DNA from: an uncultured Bacilli bacterium
GTDB lineage: Bacteria > Bacillota_I > Bacilli_A > RFN20 > DUOF01
Assembly (NCBI GenBank): GCA_934183255.1
Contig: CAKPSD010000003.1
Location: 18,789 to 82,788, forward strand
Reading direction: 5' to 3'
DNA length: 64,000 nucleotides
Shown: positions 22,211-36,400 of the stretch, one piece after another
Position numbering within the stretch: the stretch's first letter is position 1
Layout: each line of letters starts with the position of its first letter
Program-made: the position numbers and the translations under genes
The notes under the pieces: model-generated
What the model saw: the letters and a program-made list of their open reading frames with translations, nothing else
The model's database searches: none
Told to the model about the DNA's origin: nothing

Positions 22211-24298
22211 TTAAAATTTAAAAATAACCTTACCATTTTCTATAACTAAATATGCATCAAACTTTTTACCATTTTTAGAAGTAAACCCTTCAATTTTAGC
22301 GCTACTACCATCTCTTAACATTTTTATAACATTATTTTTAGAAATAACTCTCTCACAAATATAATCACTAACTCTAAACTTACATCCTTCTTTATAGCCA
22401 CTACATCCATATCCATATTTATCTCTAATTACTTTATTACCACACAGAGGACATACTCCTACAATTTCTCCATAAAACCCTGTATCAGTATCCCTCTCTA
22501 AACACTCTCTTTTAACATTAAATATTTCTTTTATCTCATTTTTAGCCATACTAACAGCCTCATCAATACTCGATGTTCCTTTAAAAACTTTTTTTAATTC
22601 TTTACCCATTTCACTAGTCTTATATTTATTCATATTAATATTCATTTTATTTAAAGAATTAATTAAATATTCTCCTCCTGGAAGTATATAATAAACATCT
22701 TTTTTTAAACTAATATATTCACTTTTAATAGCATTATCAATAATACCAGTTCTAGTAGCTTCAGTACCTAACTCAAGTCCCTCTAACATTGCTTTATAAT
22801 CTTCACTATCATCTTCTTCATTGATATTATTTTTATCTTCTTTAAAAGGATTCTTCAAATAGTTATTTAAAGTTTCAATTGTATAATGTTTAGGTGGAGT
22901 TGTTTTCTTTTCTTTAACTTCAAAGTTAACACTAAACTCATCACCTTTATTCAAATTAGGTAATAATTTATCATTTTTATTATAATCATCATATTTAGTC
23001 CATCCTTTTTGCACTATCACATTACCCTTCAAAACAAACTCCTCTAAATCACCTAAATTAACTTTAATTTCACTCTTTTCAATCTTACAATCTTCCTCGC
23101 AAAAGACTGCTAAAAATCTTTTCAAAATAGTAGAATACACAACTAATTCATCACTACTAAGATTATTCTTGTTAGGTATCTTATAAGTAGGAGTTAAAGC
23201 ACTATGTGACTCAATCTTACTGTCATCAAATATTGTTTTCTTATCCTTAAATTTTACTTCATAGCCTATCTTTTTAACTACATTTAAAATATTCTTGACT
23301 TTATCCTTTTCATTACTAGCCATATATTCAGAGTTAGTTCTTGGATAAGTAACATAACCCTCTTCATATAACTTTTGCACAATTGATAAAGACTTATCCA
23401 TAGGCATCTTATATTTCTTACCTAAAACATTTTGAAGTGTTGATAACGAATATAATTTACCAGCATCTAAAATATCCTTCTTCACACTTTTACTAACTAC
23501 TTTAGCCTTATATTCATTATACTTATCACACATTTCTTTAGCCTTATCAAAACTATCTTTATCAAATTTAAGTTTAGAATTTAATTCAATGCCATCATTA
23601 CTTGATGTAATTCCATAATATATCTCACTAACAAAATTTCTAATACTAAGATCTCTATCATAAATAGCTTTAACTATAGGCACTATAACTCTACCAACTC
23701 TAAGTAACACACCACTCTTTAAAGTTGCATATCTAGTAAGATTAACCCCATATAACCAATCAATATATGTTCTAGCAAATCCCTCATTAGCTAAATTATC
23801 ATATTCATATTCTTCTTTTAAATTTTCAAGTGCATTTCTAACAGTAACCTCCGTTTGATCAGGAAGCCATAATCTAGTAAACTTCTTTTTATCATTTAAA
23901 GCATTATTAACACATAATCTAACAATAATTTCTCCCTCTCTATCAGCATCTCCTGCATTAATAATTTCATTAACATCACTTCTATTAACTAATTCCTTAA
24001 TAATATTAAATTGCTTTAAAACTCCTTCATCTACTTTCTTATTCTTATCCTTCTTTAATCCAAATTTAAACTTGCTAGGAAAACAAGGAATATTATCTAA
24101 TCTCCATTTAGTATTAGAATCATTAGAGTATTCCTCAATATCATACAAGGAAAAAAGGTGACCAAAAGCCCAAGTAACTAGATATTCTTTATTCTCCAAA
24201 TACCCATCTCTTCGCTTACAATCACCTATTGCATTCGCTATATTCCTAGCTAAACTAGGCTTTTCCGCTATAATAACCTTCACTAAAATCACCAACAC
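22211..24298 (-). CDS. topB: DNA topoisomerase III
   Basis: Toprim motifs (IIAEKPSLARNIA, DADREGE). The active-site Tyr context is YVTYPRTNSEY (topo III type SYPRT). C-terminal Zn-ribbons: CPLCGNKV...YGCSGYKEGCKF. The start is uncertain (GTG at 24298 or GTG at 24283). Confidence 0.85.
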   Translation of the reverse strand: MLVILVKVIIAEKPSLARNIANAIGDCKRRDGYLENKEYLVTWAFGHLFSLYDIEEYSNDSNTKWRLDNIPCFPSKFKFGLKKDKNKKVDEGVLKQFNIIKELVNRSDVNEIINAGDADREGEIIVRLCVNNALNDKKKFTRLWLPDQTEVTVRNALENLKEEYEYDNLANEGFARTYIDWLYGVNLTRYATLKSGVLLRVGRVIVPIVKAIYDRDLSIRNFVSEIYYGITSSNDGIELNSKLKFDKDSFDKAKEMCDKYNEYKAKVVSKSVKKDILDAGKLYSLSTLQNVLGKKYKMPMDKSLSIVQKLYEEGYVTYPRTNSEYMASNEKDKVKNILNVVKKIGYEVKFKDKKTIFDDSKIESHSALTPTYKIPNKNNLSSDELVVYSTILKRFLAVFCEEDCKIEKSEIKVNLGDLEEFVLKGNVIVQKGWTKYDDYNKNDKLLPNLNKGDEFSVNFEVKEKKTTPPKHYTIETLNNYLKNPFKEDKNNINEEDDSEDYKAMLEGLELGTEATRTGIIDNAIKSEYISLKKDVYYILPGGEYLINSLNKMNINMNKYKTSEMGKELKKVFKGTSSIDEAVSMAKNEIKEIFNVKRECLERDTDTGFYGEIVGVCPLCGNKVIRDKYGYGCSGYKEGCKFRVSDYICERVISKNNVIKMLRDGSSAKIEGFTSKNGKKFDAYLVIENGKVIFKF

Positions 24299-24370
24299 AT
24301 AAATAATAACATATTTATGTCTTTATTTCTTACTAACAAACCAATTATTTAACTTTTTATTTAATAACCA

Positions 24371-24402
24371 CAATAAGTCCCTAATTAAAGGGACTTATTT
24401 GT
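24371..24402 (-). terminator. Hairpin after the giant ORF (possible terminator)
   Basis: A perfect 10-bp stem AATAAGTCCC/GGGACTTATT (24372-24381 / 24390-24399) with an 8-nt loop lies 10 nt after the TAG stop. The trailing U-tract is weak. Confidence 0.45.
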
Positions 24403-24409
24403 AGTATTA

Positions 24410-27400
24410 CTAAGCTGCTCTTACTTTCTTTCTAAGTTTTAGAATTAAGAATCCACCACCTACTGCAGCAATTCCTCCTAATACATAGAAGATCCATGTG
24501 AAGTTACCTCCACCTTTATTCTTATTATTATCTGGATTTACTGGATTATCTGGATTTACTGGATTATCATTAAATCCATTATTCACTATTCCAATAAGAA
24601 TATAACTCTCATCATCAAAGTTAATTAAGTAGTCTGTTATACCATATAATTCCTTATTAATAACACTCTCAACATTAGAATCTACATTAATTTGGAATGA
24701 TATAGCATTTAATTTAAATGTTTTACCATTAACAGCACCACTAGATAAAATTGAGAAGATAGTATGTTCTTTATCAGGAATAACACCCATAAAGTAAATC
24801 GCATCATTATCACTAATAGAATCTATATCATCAAATTCAAGATATGCTCTACTACTACTCAATTTTTGTAATATTACTCTATCAAATTTAATAGGAGATC
24901 CAGAAGTAACAGTAGTATCAGCTACATTATCTCTATCAATAACATTAAATGTATATTTATCTTCATCTGTTTCTAATTCTTTAGTATCTGGAGCAAGTAT
25001 AACAAATTCATAAACATACCTATTACCAGCTACATCTGTAATAACAAATCTATAATGTCCAAATCCTTCAACAGGTACTCCAGTATCACTATAACATTGC
25101 ATATCTACAAATAGTTTGTTATTCATATAACCTTGTACTCTCATACTTCCACTATCATCAATAAATGATATAGTGAATGAATCAACATCTTTATAAATAT
25201 CATCAATAGGTTTATCAAGAATATTATTATCCTTTATGATATTAACCATTGGAGCCATCTTATCAAATATAAATGTAGCAGTAGTAACTTCTCCAGATAC
25301 ATTTCCTACAGTATCAACTAATCTAAAGTATAGTTTTACTCTAGTTAATGGATCATTTAAGTTAGCTGTATATGCTAAGTTATAAGTATCACCTTCACAT
25401 ACACTCCAATTAGATTCATCCCTGTTATTATTTATAACAACTAAACATTCATAATGATATCTATTGGTGTTATCACTACCACCAGTTATTTTATAATATA
25501 ACTCATCACTATTTGTATAAATACTATCACTAGTTATATCCAAAGTATTTCTTCCATCATAACTTAATTCAATCTTGCTACCAGCTTCATTAGGATTTGT
25601 ATTATCTATTATACTAAAGTATATTTCTAGATATTGTATATTTCCACTTGCATCTGTTACTTTCAAATTAGCTTTAAATCTAGCATATTCTTGATTGCTT
25701 ACAGAATCAGTAGCTGAAATAGAATCAATTATGTATGCTAAGTTTGTATCATAATTATCTCTAACAAAAATATTAGTACGTATCCAACCAGCATCATTAG
25801 ATAAATATTTCATCATCTTTTCATGTTCATTCGATCCTGAATATATTGACCAGTTAACCTCATTATAATTGAATGATTTTTCAATACTACTAGTAGTGAT
25901 ATCATCATTATTCATAGTAAATGTAGGAGAAGTAGTATCTTCAACAAAGATAACATATTCTATTTCACTACTATTCTTACTATCATCATAACAAATCATA
26001 ATGATCTTATAATAACCTGTTCTAGTAAGTTTAATCTTATAATTTTCTTTGTCTTCACTAGATAACTCTATTTCACTAAAGTTAACACCATCATTTGAAT
26101 ACATTAAACTCTTTATAGTTACTTCATGATATTTATCATCTTCATGATCTTTTGAAGTTGGTTTATTTAATTTCAAATCACAAATGTCTTCTTCATTAAA
26201 GCAAACTGTAGGTCTATTTTCGTTGTCTCTAATATTAAGAACAAAGTATATAAATGCTGTATCTCTACTTATAATATATTTAACACCATTAATTTCAAAC
26301 ATGTTATTAGCAGTAATACTTGCAACTTTATTTCCATTACTATCTACAATCTTTTTATCAGTTATATCACTAACATCAATAGTATATTTTACATCACCTA
26401 TAGTAAAGTATTTTCCTTCACTAATAGCTATGATATTATCATCTATTATATCAGGAGAATGCTTATCACCAATATTTAATGTGATACCTATATTAGCATC
26501 ATCAGCTAATGCTTTATTACCAGTTGAATCGATTACTTCATAAATAATTCTATATGAACCAGGCAACATAAATGTAAAGCTATTTCCTTCATTTACAATA
26601 TATAGTCTATCGTTATAGTAGTACTTATTATTTTCAAATGTTATTTCTTCATATTCATTATTTATCTTAAATTTAATAATTCTTCTAACACCAATACATT
26701 CACCATCAGCAGTATTACAAGTAACAATATTGCCTTCACTATCAAATCCATAATTATCACTAACTGTAATTCCTGCATCAGTATATGTGTAGCCATTAAC
26801 ATTAGTTATATCATAATAATAAGCTTTTCCATATGCATAAGTTCCATTTACTCTAAACTCTGGTTTTGCTTCATCAACTACTTTTATAGTTAATGTAACA
26901 GTATTTGATTTATTTCCAGCAACATCGCTATAAGAAACATCAAAATTATAATCACCAATCTTATTAAATATAAAGTCAGTTTCACTAAATACCCATTCAC
27001 TATCATTTGCAGATACTTTATGATTGTTGAATGAAATTAATAATCTAGATTTTTCATCTATTGTTAAGTTACTATAAAATTTTCCATCTACTTGATTAAT
27101 AAAGTATCCTGATATTATTTCTTTTATTTTAGAACTTGAAAGAGATATGTTATTAATACTCTTATTTACAACAACTAATAATGTACAATTTGAAGTATTC
27201 TTAGAATCACATTCAATTTTCTTACTACTATAATAACTATTTGTTTTAACTTTTATTTCAGGACTTATAAAATCAAGTTTGATTTCTGATTCATTTGAAA
27301 CACCAGCTGAGTTATATGATGTTATAACTAATGAGCTAAGTTTATAATCAGAAGCTTTTAAAGCATCAGCATATATAGAACTTACTAAGTTACTTAATAA

Positions 27401-30400
27401 TCTCTTACCACTAAAGCTAGAATCTAATCTATATGATTTAGAACTATTACCATATTTAAATGTAAATTCTATTCTACTTATATTTGTTTCTAACATTTCA
27501 ATATATAAGCCATCAAATTTAGATTTACTAAAGTAATCATTTTCACTATAAACAACTTCATCACAACTAGTAGAAGTACAATTCTCTAATATTCTAAATC
27601 CACTATTAACTTGATCTATTACAACTTTTATAGAAGACTCATTTCCTGCTTTATCTTTAATCACAACGTTGTATTCACCATCAACATTAATAGTCATACA
27701 ATAACCTGTTCTTCCACCAGAACAACTAGCTACAGTTCTTTTTTGATTATTAACATATACATTTTCAGTATCAAATCCACTAACATATCCTCCATTAGCA
27801 TCATCGTTAAACACAAATCTTACACTCTTAGAGAAGTAATATCTTCCTTCTTCATCAATCATATATTCATATGTTCCATCAATACCTAAAGCACTTATAG
27901 TAGGTCTTTCATTATCAATATAAATATTAGATATTGTAGATATGTTTTCATTTCCATACATATCTATACCTTTAACAATAAGTCTATATGTTCCACTAAT
28001 TAAAGTATCTGTACTATAAATTACCATTGTATATTCTTTTTGACCTGATTTATTAATATCTTCTCTAACAATACAATTTGCAGTACATTTAGCAACTTCA
28101 TCAAAGTTATTTAAAGTAATACCTGAAGTACCACCACTTATAAGTTGTAAAATATATTTTACAGATCTTAAATTTTTATTACCAGTTACTTTAAATTCAA
28201 TATTATCTCTACTTAATCCATATAGATTATTAGAAACACTTAATTCAATTTCTGGTCTATTAGTATCAAATTCACCTAAAGCAAATACTTCTTCGCCTAA
28301 TACGTTATTTCCTTCGGATACATAATCATCAGTAACTTTAATTCTTAAGTCAGCCTTAATTATACCATCTGTAAACAAACTCAAGTATGTGCTTCCTCTC
28401 ATAGAATAAGTAATAACATTTCCTATTCTATTTTGAGTAAATCTATCTGTAATATCTGTTACATTATCCCATTCATTAGTATCAGAATTCTTAGTTACTG
28501 TATATATTGTAGTTTTTGGAGTTCCTACTACACCATTCATAGTAACAGTGAATGAAACTATACCATTATTATCAACATAATTAGGAGTATATTTCATATT
28601 ACCAATAGTAATACTTCTTCCCTCTACATACATAATCTTATATGAAATCTTGTGTTTATCATTCATATTCATATTGCCAACTTTATCTTTGATTCTTGTA
28701 TAGAAGTTAAAGTAACTATCTTCATCTAGCATTTCATTAGTAATTTCTTTGCTACAATAAGAAGCTGTTTCCATACTATCATCACTGATTTCGCAATACA
28801 TAACTTCATTATTATTTTCATCTAAGTAATATACAACAATAATATTATCATCTTTAACCTTGTTAGTGTAACTTAAGTGAACTCTTCCAAGTTCATCTTT
28901 AACTAATATAAAGTCTATAAGATCTCTAGAATTATTAGGCGCTACATTATCTACACTTATAGCAGTATTTGTAGTTACCTTATTACCTAATTTATCTGTA
29001 TATTCAACAACTAAATCATAAGCACCATCAAGAGCAACATCTGAACATACTACATCATAATAACTATCGCTACTTATAGAAGTTATTGTATTTGAACATC
29101 TCTTATTATTACCATCTTTCAAATAATAATTTAATGATTTAAACATATCTCCATATTCACTAAACTTAAAGGCAATCTTTAAACTAGTTCCATATGTATC
29201 ACTACCATTAATACCTTCATCTAATTTTTTATCATTGTATTTAAACATAGAATCAATTTTAACTTTACTTGAAGATACATTTTCAACAGTAAATGTCAAA
29301 CTATCATCACTTACTTTTCCAGATCCATCTTTAGCATATATAGTAATAACTTTTATTGCTTTATCATTTAAAGTTCTTAATGCTATACTTTGTAAGTTTC
29401 TACTATCAATACCTGTTAAATCAATAACATCACATTCATCATCATAACAGACATATAAGTATTTTTGTAAATTATCTTCATCAACAATAGCATTTTCTCC
29501 TAAATTAATAATTAGTTTGCCATTATACATGTATTGAGCATTATTAATTATAACTTGTTTATTTACTAAATTATAATTGCCATCTAATATATTACCTTCT
29601 ATAGTAAATTTACTTACATCCATTACTGGCTTATATGCATCAATATTCTTAGCTAAAATACTCTTATATGAAGCAGTTCCCCATTTATCTTCAATTTTAA
29701 ATACATAATATCCATTTTTAGAAACATTAGAAATATATTCATTTGATCCCTCAGATACTGTAAGCTTACTAGCTGAGTCCCATGCTAATTTAGAATAATC
29801 AGAAGCATTAACAAATGTTTCACTATAAACATAGAATATCTCTCTTCTACCAAGAGTAGTCTTTATATTAGAAATAGCACTATTTAATTTAATATTTAAA
29901 GGTTGATTAGTACTATAACTTATTGTCTCATCAGTTGTAACTTCATAATCGAATAAAGATGTACTATAAGAGCCTGTTATATTAATAATAGCTTTAATAG
30001 TATTACCAGCTTTATCCATAGCAATTATATTAATATAGTTATGAATAAGATTAATACTACTTCCACTTCTAAATGATTTACATCCACCATTATTTACTTC
30101 AACATTTTCACTTGACCATACGCATAACTTGCTAAGACCTGAATTGCCTTTATCCTTTGAATTAATAACAATAGAAGATACATCTGATGGAATAACATCA
30201 CTTACAACTCCATTTTCACTAGAATAATATAATTGTCTAGGTTTATTAGTATAATAACCATTGCCTGTTAAAGAATATTCTTCTTTAACAACACATTCTA
30301 AGCTATTTTTAGAACTACACTCTAATTTATAATTTTCTAAATTCTTACCATTAAAGTTATTTAATGAAACTATGATACTTGGTTTCTCATTATCATATGT

Positions 30401-33400
30401 AATATCAATAAATTTATAATATCTAGTATTACCAAACTTATCTACTACTTTTACAAATGCTGCTTTATCACTAGTAATAAGTGATGGCTTTTCATTTAAT
30501 GTAAATGTACCATTTTCAACAAGATTCATAGTTACATTACTACATGCACTTTCAAAATCTTCAAAAGTATTACTAGCAATACAATATCCAACTTTTGTCT
30601 CACCATTATTTAAATCACTAACAGTATATGAGGCAGGTTCACTATTATAAGTGTTTTTACCATTATTTCTTTCCATTTTTGGAGCTTTATTATCAATCTT
30701 ATAATAGCTTTCTGATACTTCAGTTACTACATTACCAACATTATCATATGCTGTAACTTTAATTCTGTATTCTCCCTCAAGTTCTTCTTTTAAGTTATAT
30801 TCTTTATTGTTTGTATCAACTAACTTATATATTGTTTTTTCTTCATTAACACCTGATTGATCTTCACCATCTACAATAGTTACAAGATTCTTAATATCTG
30901 TCTCTTCATATTTTCTATACTCTTCACTAGCATTAGCAAAACTAATCAAAGAAGCAGTATTATCAAGTTGTACAAATATTTTGCTAAATATACCATTACC
31001 TGACTTAGTTACCATCTTTACATATAAAACATATGTTCCTGTATAAGAAGAATTATTAATGTTAACATTGAAGTTAGTAGAAGTTCCAACACCACCATTA
31101 AATAAAATGTCATTGCTAGAATAGATTTGATCGAAGTTATCTTCAGTAACATCAATTGTTCCTTTTTTAACAAATAAGTATTTTACATCACTAACTGTAT
31201 TTCCACCTTTATTACAGAAAGTATTATTACATACATAAGTTACATTAACATTATTATTTTTTTGCCATCCTTCATTTCTAAATATAACTTTAGCATCATA
31301 TCCACCAGTTTCTGTATTATCAATTCTAATAGTTACAGATTTAACACTTGCTTCGTTATTAGCAGCATCTCTAACCCATATCTCATAAGTTCCATATTCT
31401 GTTATTTCAATATTAAAGCCATTAATCTTACCTTCAGATAGATATTTAGTACCTTCTTTAACAATTGTTTTTCCAACCTTCACATACGCCATAACAATTC
31501 CACTTGAATCTTGATTATTAGCTATATTTACATCAATAGTAACACTCTTTTCATTTGTCCAATTTTCATTAGCAGTAACATTAATATTGCTTGTTGTAGC
31601 TAAGTTATCAAAATATAATTCTTTATTCTTAGTTAAACAATAAGAATTATCATTCTTCATACAAACTTTAACTTCTAGATTCTTAATACCATTTAAGTTA
31701 TTGTTAGTAATATTTATTAAACTACTATTATCTACAGTTGTATATGAATTGCTATTAAACTTATATGTAGCATTTACTACACTACTTAAGTCTTCTAAAT
31801 TAAACTCTACTTTTGCAGTATGTGTCTGTCTATAATCATCTAATTTATAGTCATCACCTGAAACAATATCAAATCCAACATATACCAATTCTACACTATT
31901 AGAACTTTCATTACTTGAGTAATCTCTAACAGTAATACTATATTTCATATTAGCATCTAATGTATAATTATCATTTTGATTTTTACTAATGCAAGTATTA
32001 GAACCTTCTAATGATACACAAATTTCCTTAATATCAGAACTAATCTTATTTACAACTAATTCTATATTTTCATTAAATGAATAATACTTTTTATCAGTTG
32101 CTTTAAGGGCTTTTCCATTGTCCTTTATAGTAATATTGAAATCTGGTGCAACATTATCTACTTCAACTACATAAGTCTTTTCTGTAGTATTACCAACTCT
32201 ATCAGAAATCACTACTTTAATTGTAGAATTTTCTTTAAATTCATAAGTAAGAATATCTTCATAATTATATATTACATCATTAATATAATATATAGTTGAA
32301 ACAATACTTTCCTTATCATTATTTTCAAATATATTTAATATAATTTCAGTAATCTTAGTAGGATTATTTTTATGATCATTATCTACCTTTACAGTTAGAT
32401 TAGTAATTTCAATGTAGTTATCAATAATCAACTTGCTATCAACTTCATTTATATTAACTAAATCAGAAACATTAAGAGCCAAATCAGTTAATGAAACATT
32501 AATAGTAGGATATAGTGCATTAGCTTTAGCTAATTTGTTAGCTCCTGCAGTTACACTAACACTCTTTCTATCATCACTAATAGTAATATCACTAAATACT
32601 AGCATATCACTAGTAAAGTTAGCTTTAGTTATAATATCTCCATTAGTTTTAACTACAATATTTATTTGTCCTTTACCATTATAGTAATTTCCATTAATAA
32701 CACAATTAGTTCCTTCTACACAAGTAATACTATCTATATAGTATCCTGAAATTGGTGTATTATCAACTTCAATAGTAGTATCTATAACAAGTTCAGCTGA
32801 TACATTATTAACATTATCACTAACAGGATTAATGTGTAATTTGTATCTTCCATCACCTGCAGGTAAAGTAATTACAGCAACATTATTTGTTAATTTAGCT
32901 TCACCTGTATAAGTAGTACAATCATTATTTTCATCACACCACTTATAGCTTATAATAGAATCCTTTATTCCACTTAAATCATCATTAAATGTAATCTTAA
33001 CAATCTTATCATTAACATTATTTCTAGTAATATATTCATTACCATTAGTAATTAAACCGCTATAATCAACGCTACTAATACTTGGAGCAGCATTATCATA
33101 AGTATACACTAGTGTATATTCTGTTATATTACTAGCATTATCTTTAACTTGATAATTAATATTAATAGTTTTATTATTATTTAACATATATTCTTCAATA
33201 ACAAAATTGTTACATTCAAATGAATCATCATTTCTAACACATGTTAATTCAGTAATTTCATTATCTCTGTTTACAGATACTATAACACTACTATAATCTA
33301 TACCACTTGAATACTCAGCACTTCCATCAGTAACATCAAATGATAAAGAAAGTGTTTTTCCTACATAAGTTACTGCATTTCTAGTGTAAACATTTGCTAT

Positions 33401-36400
33401 GAAATTATTAACATTAGGTTTTTCAACATCAAAGTATAATTTTTCATTTAATGTTATATTCTTAGTAATTTTACCATTAATTCCAACAATTCCATCATTA
33501 GAACCAACAACCAAACTAATTACAGAGCTCTTTGTAGCATTTACAGCAAAGTCCTTAATAGTATAAGTAATATAATCTTCAGTTGTTAATGTAAACGTTT
33601 GTGAATTAATAGTAACTTGAATATCACTATTACCACTTACATATGACTTATTACCATTCTTCAATTCACCATTAAATGTAACTGTTAGACTATTACAACT
33701 AGCGCCACTAGTAATAAATTCTTTACCATTTATAGACTTACATCCAATTAATTCAGTAGAAACTATATTTCTAACTAAATTATCATAACGAACATCAGTA
33801 AATAATTCATTATCAATATTTACTTTATTTCCTGCTAAATCTTCAATATCACCATTATACTTAACAGCTAAATCTAACATTATTCCTGTTTCATTTTCAG
33901 AAACACTACCTTTTAAGATTATTTGAATAGTATTATTTTCACCTTTGCTTACAACAATATTAACATTAATATCTCCACTAGAACTACAATCTCTCTCATC
34001 TAATGTATGACATACTAAACTAAAGCTATTTTTAATCTTATTAAATATATCATCATAAGCATATGAGTTAATACCATTTAATACATATACAACTTTACCT
34101 GCACTCAACTCTTTATCATTTATAATCTTAATATTTTGCTTAATAACCTCAATATTATAACCACCAGTAATAGCAACTACATTATAAGCATATGCATAAC
34201 TAATAGTATTTGTATTTCCTAACACATCTTGTACTTCACCTAATGAAATATTTTCTAATAATCCCTTATCTTCATTAGTAATAGTATAACTGTATTTATA
34301 TGTTGTACCATTAATATATTCAACTACTACATTAGCACTTTCACTAAAGTTAAATGATAACTTAGGAGCTGCTTTTAATGCCTTATTAAAGGTAATATAG
34401 AAGTCTAATACAGTACCTTCTTTTACATAAGTATTTGCTTTAACTTCATTTTCTCCATTTTTAATAACAAAATTAGTAATTTCTGGTCTAGAATTATCAA
34501 TTTCAAAATCATAAGTAAATTTAGATGTTGAAACATCAATTTCATTTTCTAATTCTATATCTTTAAAACCATTAACACTTGTTAATAATATTTTCTTTAA
34601 TTTGCCACTATCACTAGAATTAACATCATAACTATATACAACTACATTATCAACACTTTGTTTTTTATAACCATTGTTAAACACTATATTTGAATTAAAT
34701 ACAGCAGTTAATGTAGGAAGATTATCATTAACATTCTTACTAAATGTAATTTCAACTGTTATAGTATCAAACTCTTTTGCTTTATTAGTAACTTCATTAC
34801 TACTATATACATTTATATTAGTTATCTCTGCCTTTTCACTAGATACAACAACTTCTTTTTCTGCACTAGTATTAGTTATTCCAGAAATACTTTCAAATAT
34901 TCCAAGAACTTCTAATCTCACTTTTTCTGCCTCTTGAGAATTAACAACAACATTAATGTATGCCAATGCCCCACTTGCATCATATCCTTCAGAAATACTA
35001 GCATCAGCACTAACATTTCCTCCACCAATAGTTCTATAAGCCTTAATATTATTTTTATAGTTTTCTACTAATGTAACGCCATTAATAATATTAGAGTCAA
35101 CTAATTCAATTCTAAATGTAATATCTTTATTAATACCATATGTTTCTTTTGAAGTAATAATATTTAAATTACCAACCTTAATATTCGAACATTTAATACT
35201 ACTATCTTTATATTCAATATCTTTATTAACAAACTCTGTATATGTATTTTCGCCAAATTCAAATCCAGCAATAGCAAAATTATCATTGCTTTGTACTTTA
35301 TAAACATAAACATGTTTTCTAACTGCACTATTTGTAGAATCTATTTTAACAGTTAATTTTACTCTAGAACCATCTTCATTGAATTTATCAGTACTAATAA
35401 TTAATGAATTATCCACATTATAACTATAATCATTATTAAATCCTACAGTAACTTTAATAGTTGTTCCTTCTTTACAGTATCTTGCTTCTCCATAAATCTT
35501 ACATTCACTAGCATCTATTTCTATGCTATTTATTCTTAATACATTAACAGTTTTACTTATTTCAACAGTATTTGAAATACCTGATAAATCTTTTACAAAC
35601 TCTTTATAAATAGCTAAAGTGATAGCATCACTAGAACCTATATTTGCTTTCAAATAAATTGTTTGAGCACTAACATCCTTACAATCTCCATAAAAACCAT
35701 CTTCACTTAAAGAGCATGTTATATCTGCAGCTATACTAATCTTTGTAATATCCATATAACTAATTTGTTTAGTAGAACTAATTTTAAAGATCAATTCTTC
35801 AGTTTCATTAATAAGCGATTTAGAAGTAATACTAATAACTGGTGCTACAACATAATACTTAATTTGATCATTCTCATGAATTGGCTCTTCTACCGTTGCA
35901 TTCATATTAAGATCTAAACTATTACCAGCCTTGTCTACTACAATACCAGTAATTTTATTTATAACTAATTTTTCGATATCACTAATAGATTCACTAGCAA
36001 TATTAAATACAAATACTAATTTATTAGAGATAGAACTTGAAGATGTAGGAGAAACATTTCCCATATTAGTATTAATAATAATGTTATTATAACTACTTAT
36101 AACCTCATTAAATGTTAATTGTAGTGTAATAGTTTGAGAATTACTCAATTTGCTACAATAACTAATACCATTAACATCATTACATCCATTAGCGGTAGAT
36201 TCAATCATTTTTAACTCAGGTTTTTTAGTATCAATTTTAATACTATTATCTAATGATTCAATATAGCCATCACTAATTACACCACTATACATTCCTGTAT
36301 TAAATGATAGATATTCAATAACATAATCTAAGTTTTCACTAGCTGTATAACTATACTTATGAGTATTTGTTCCATTTCCACTTGCAAATCTTAATACAAC

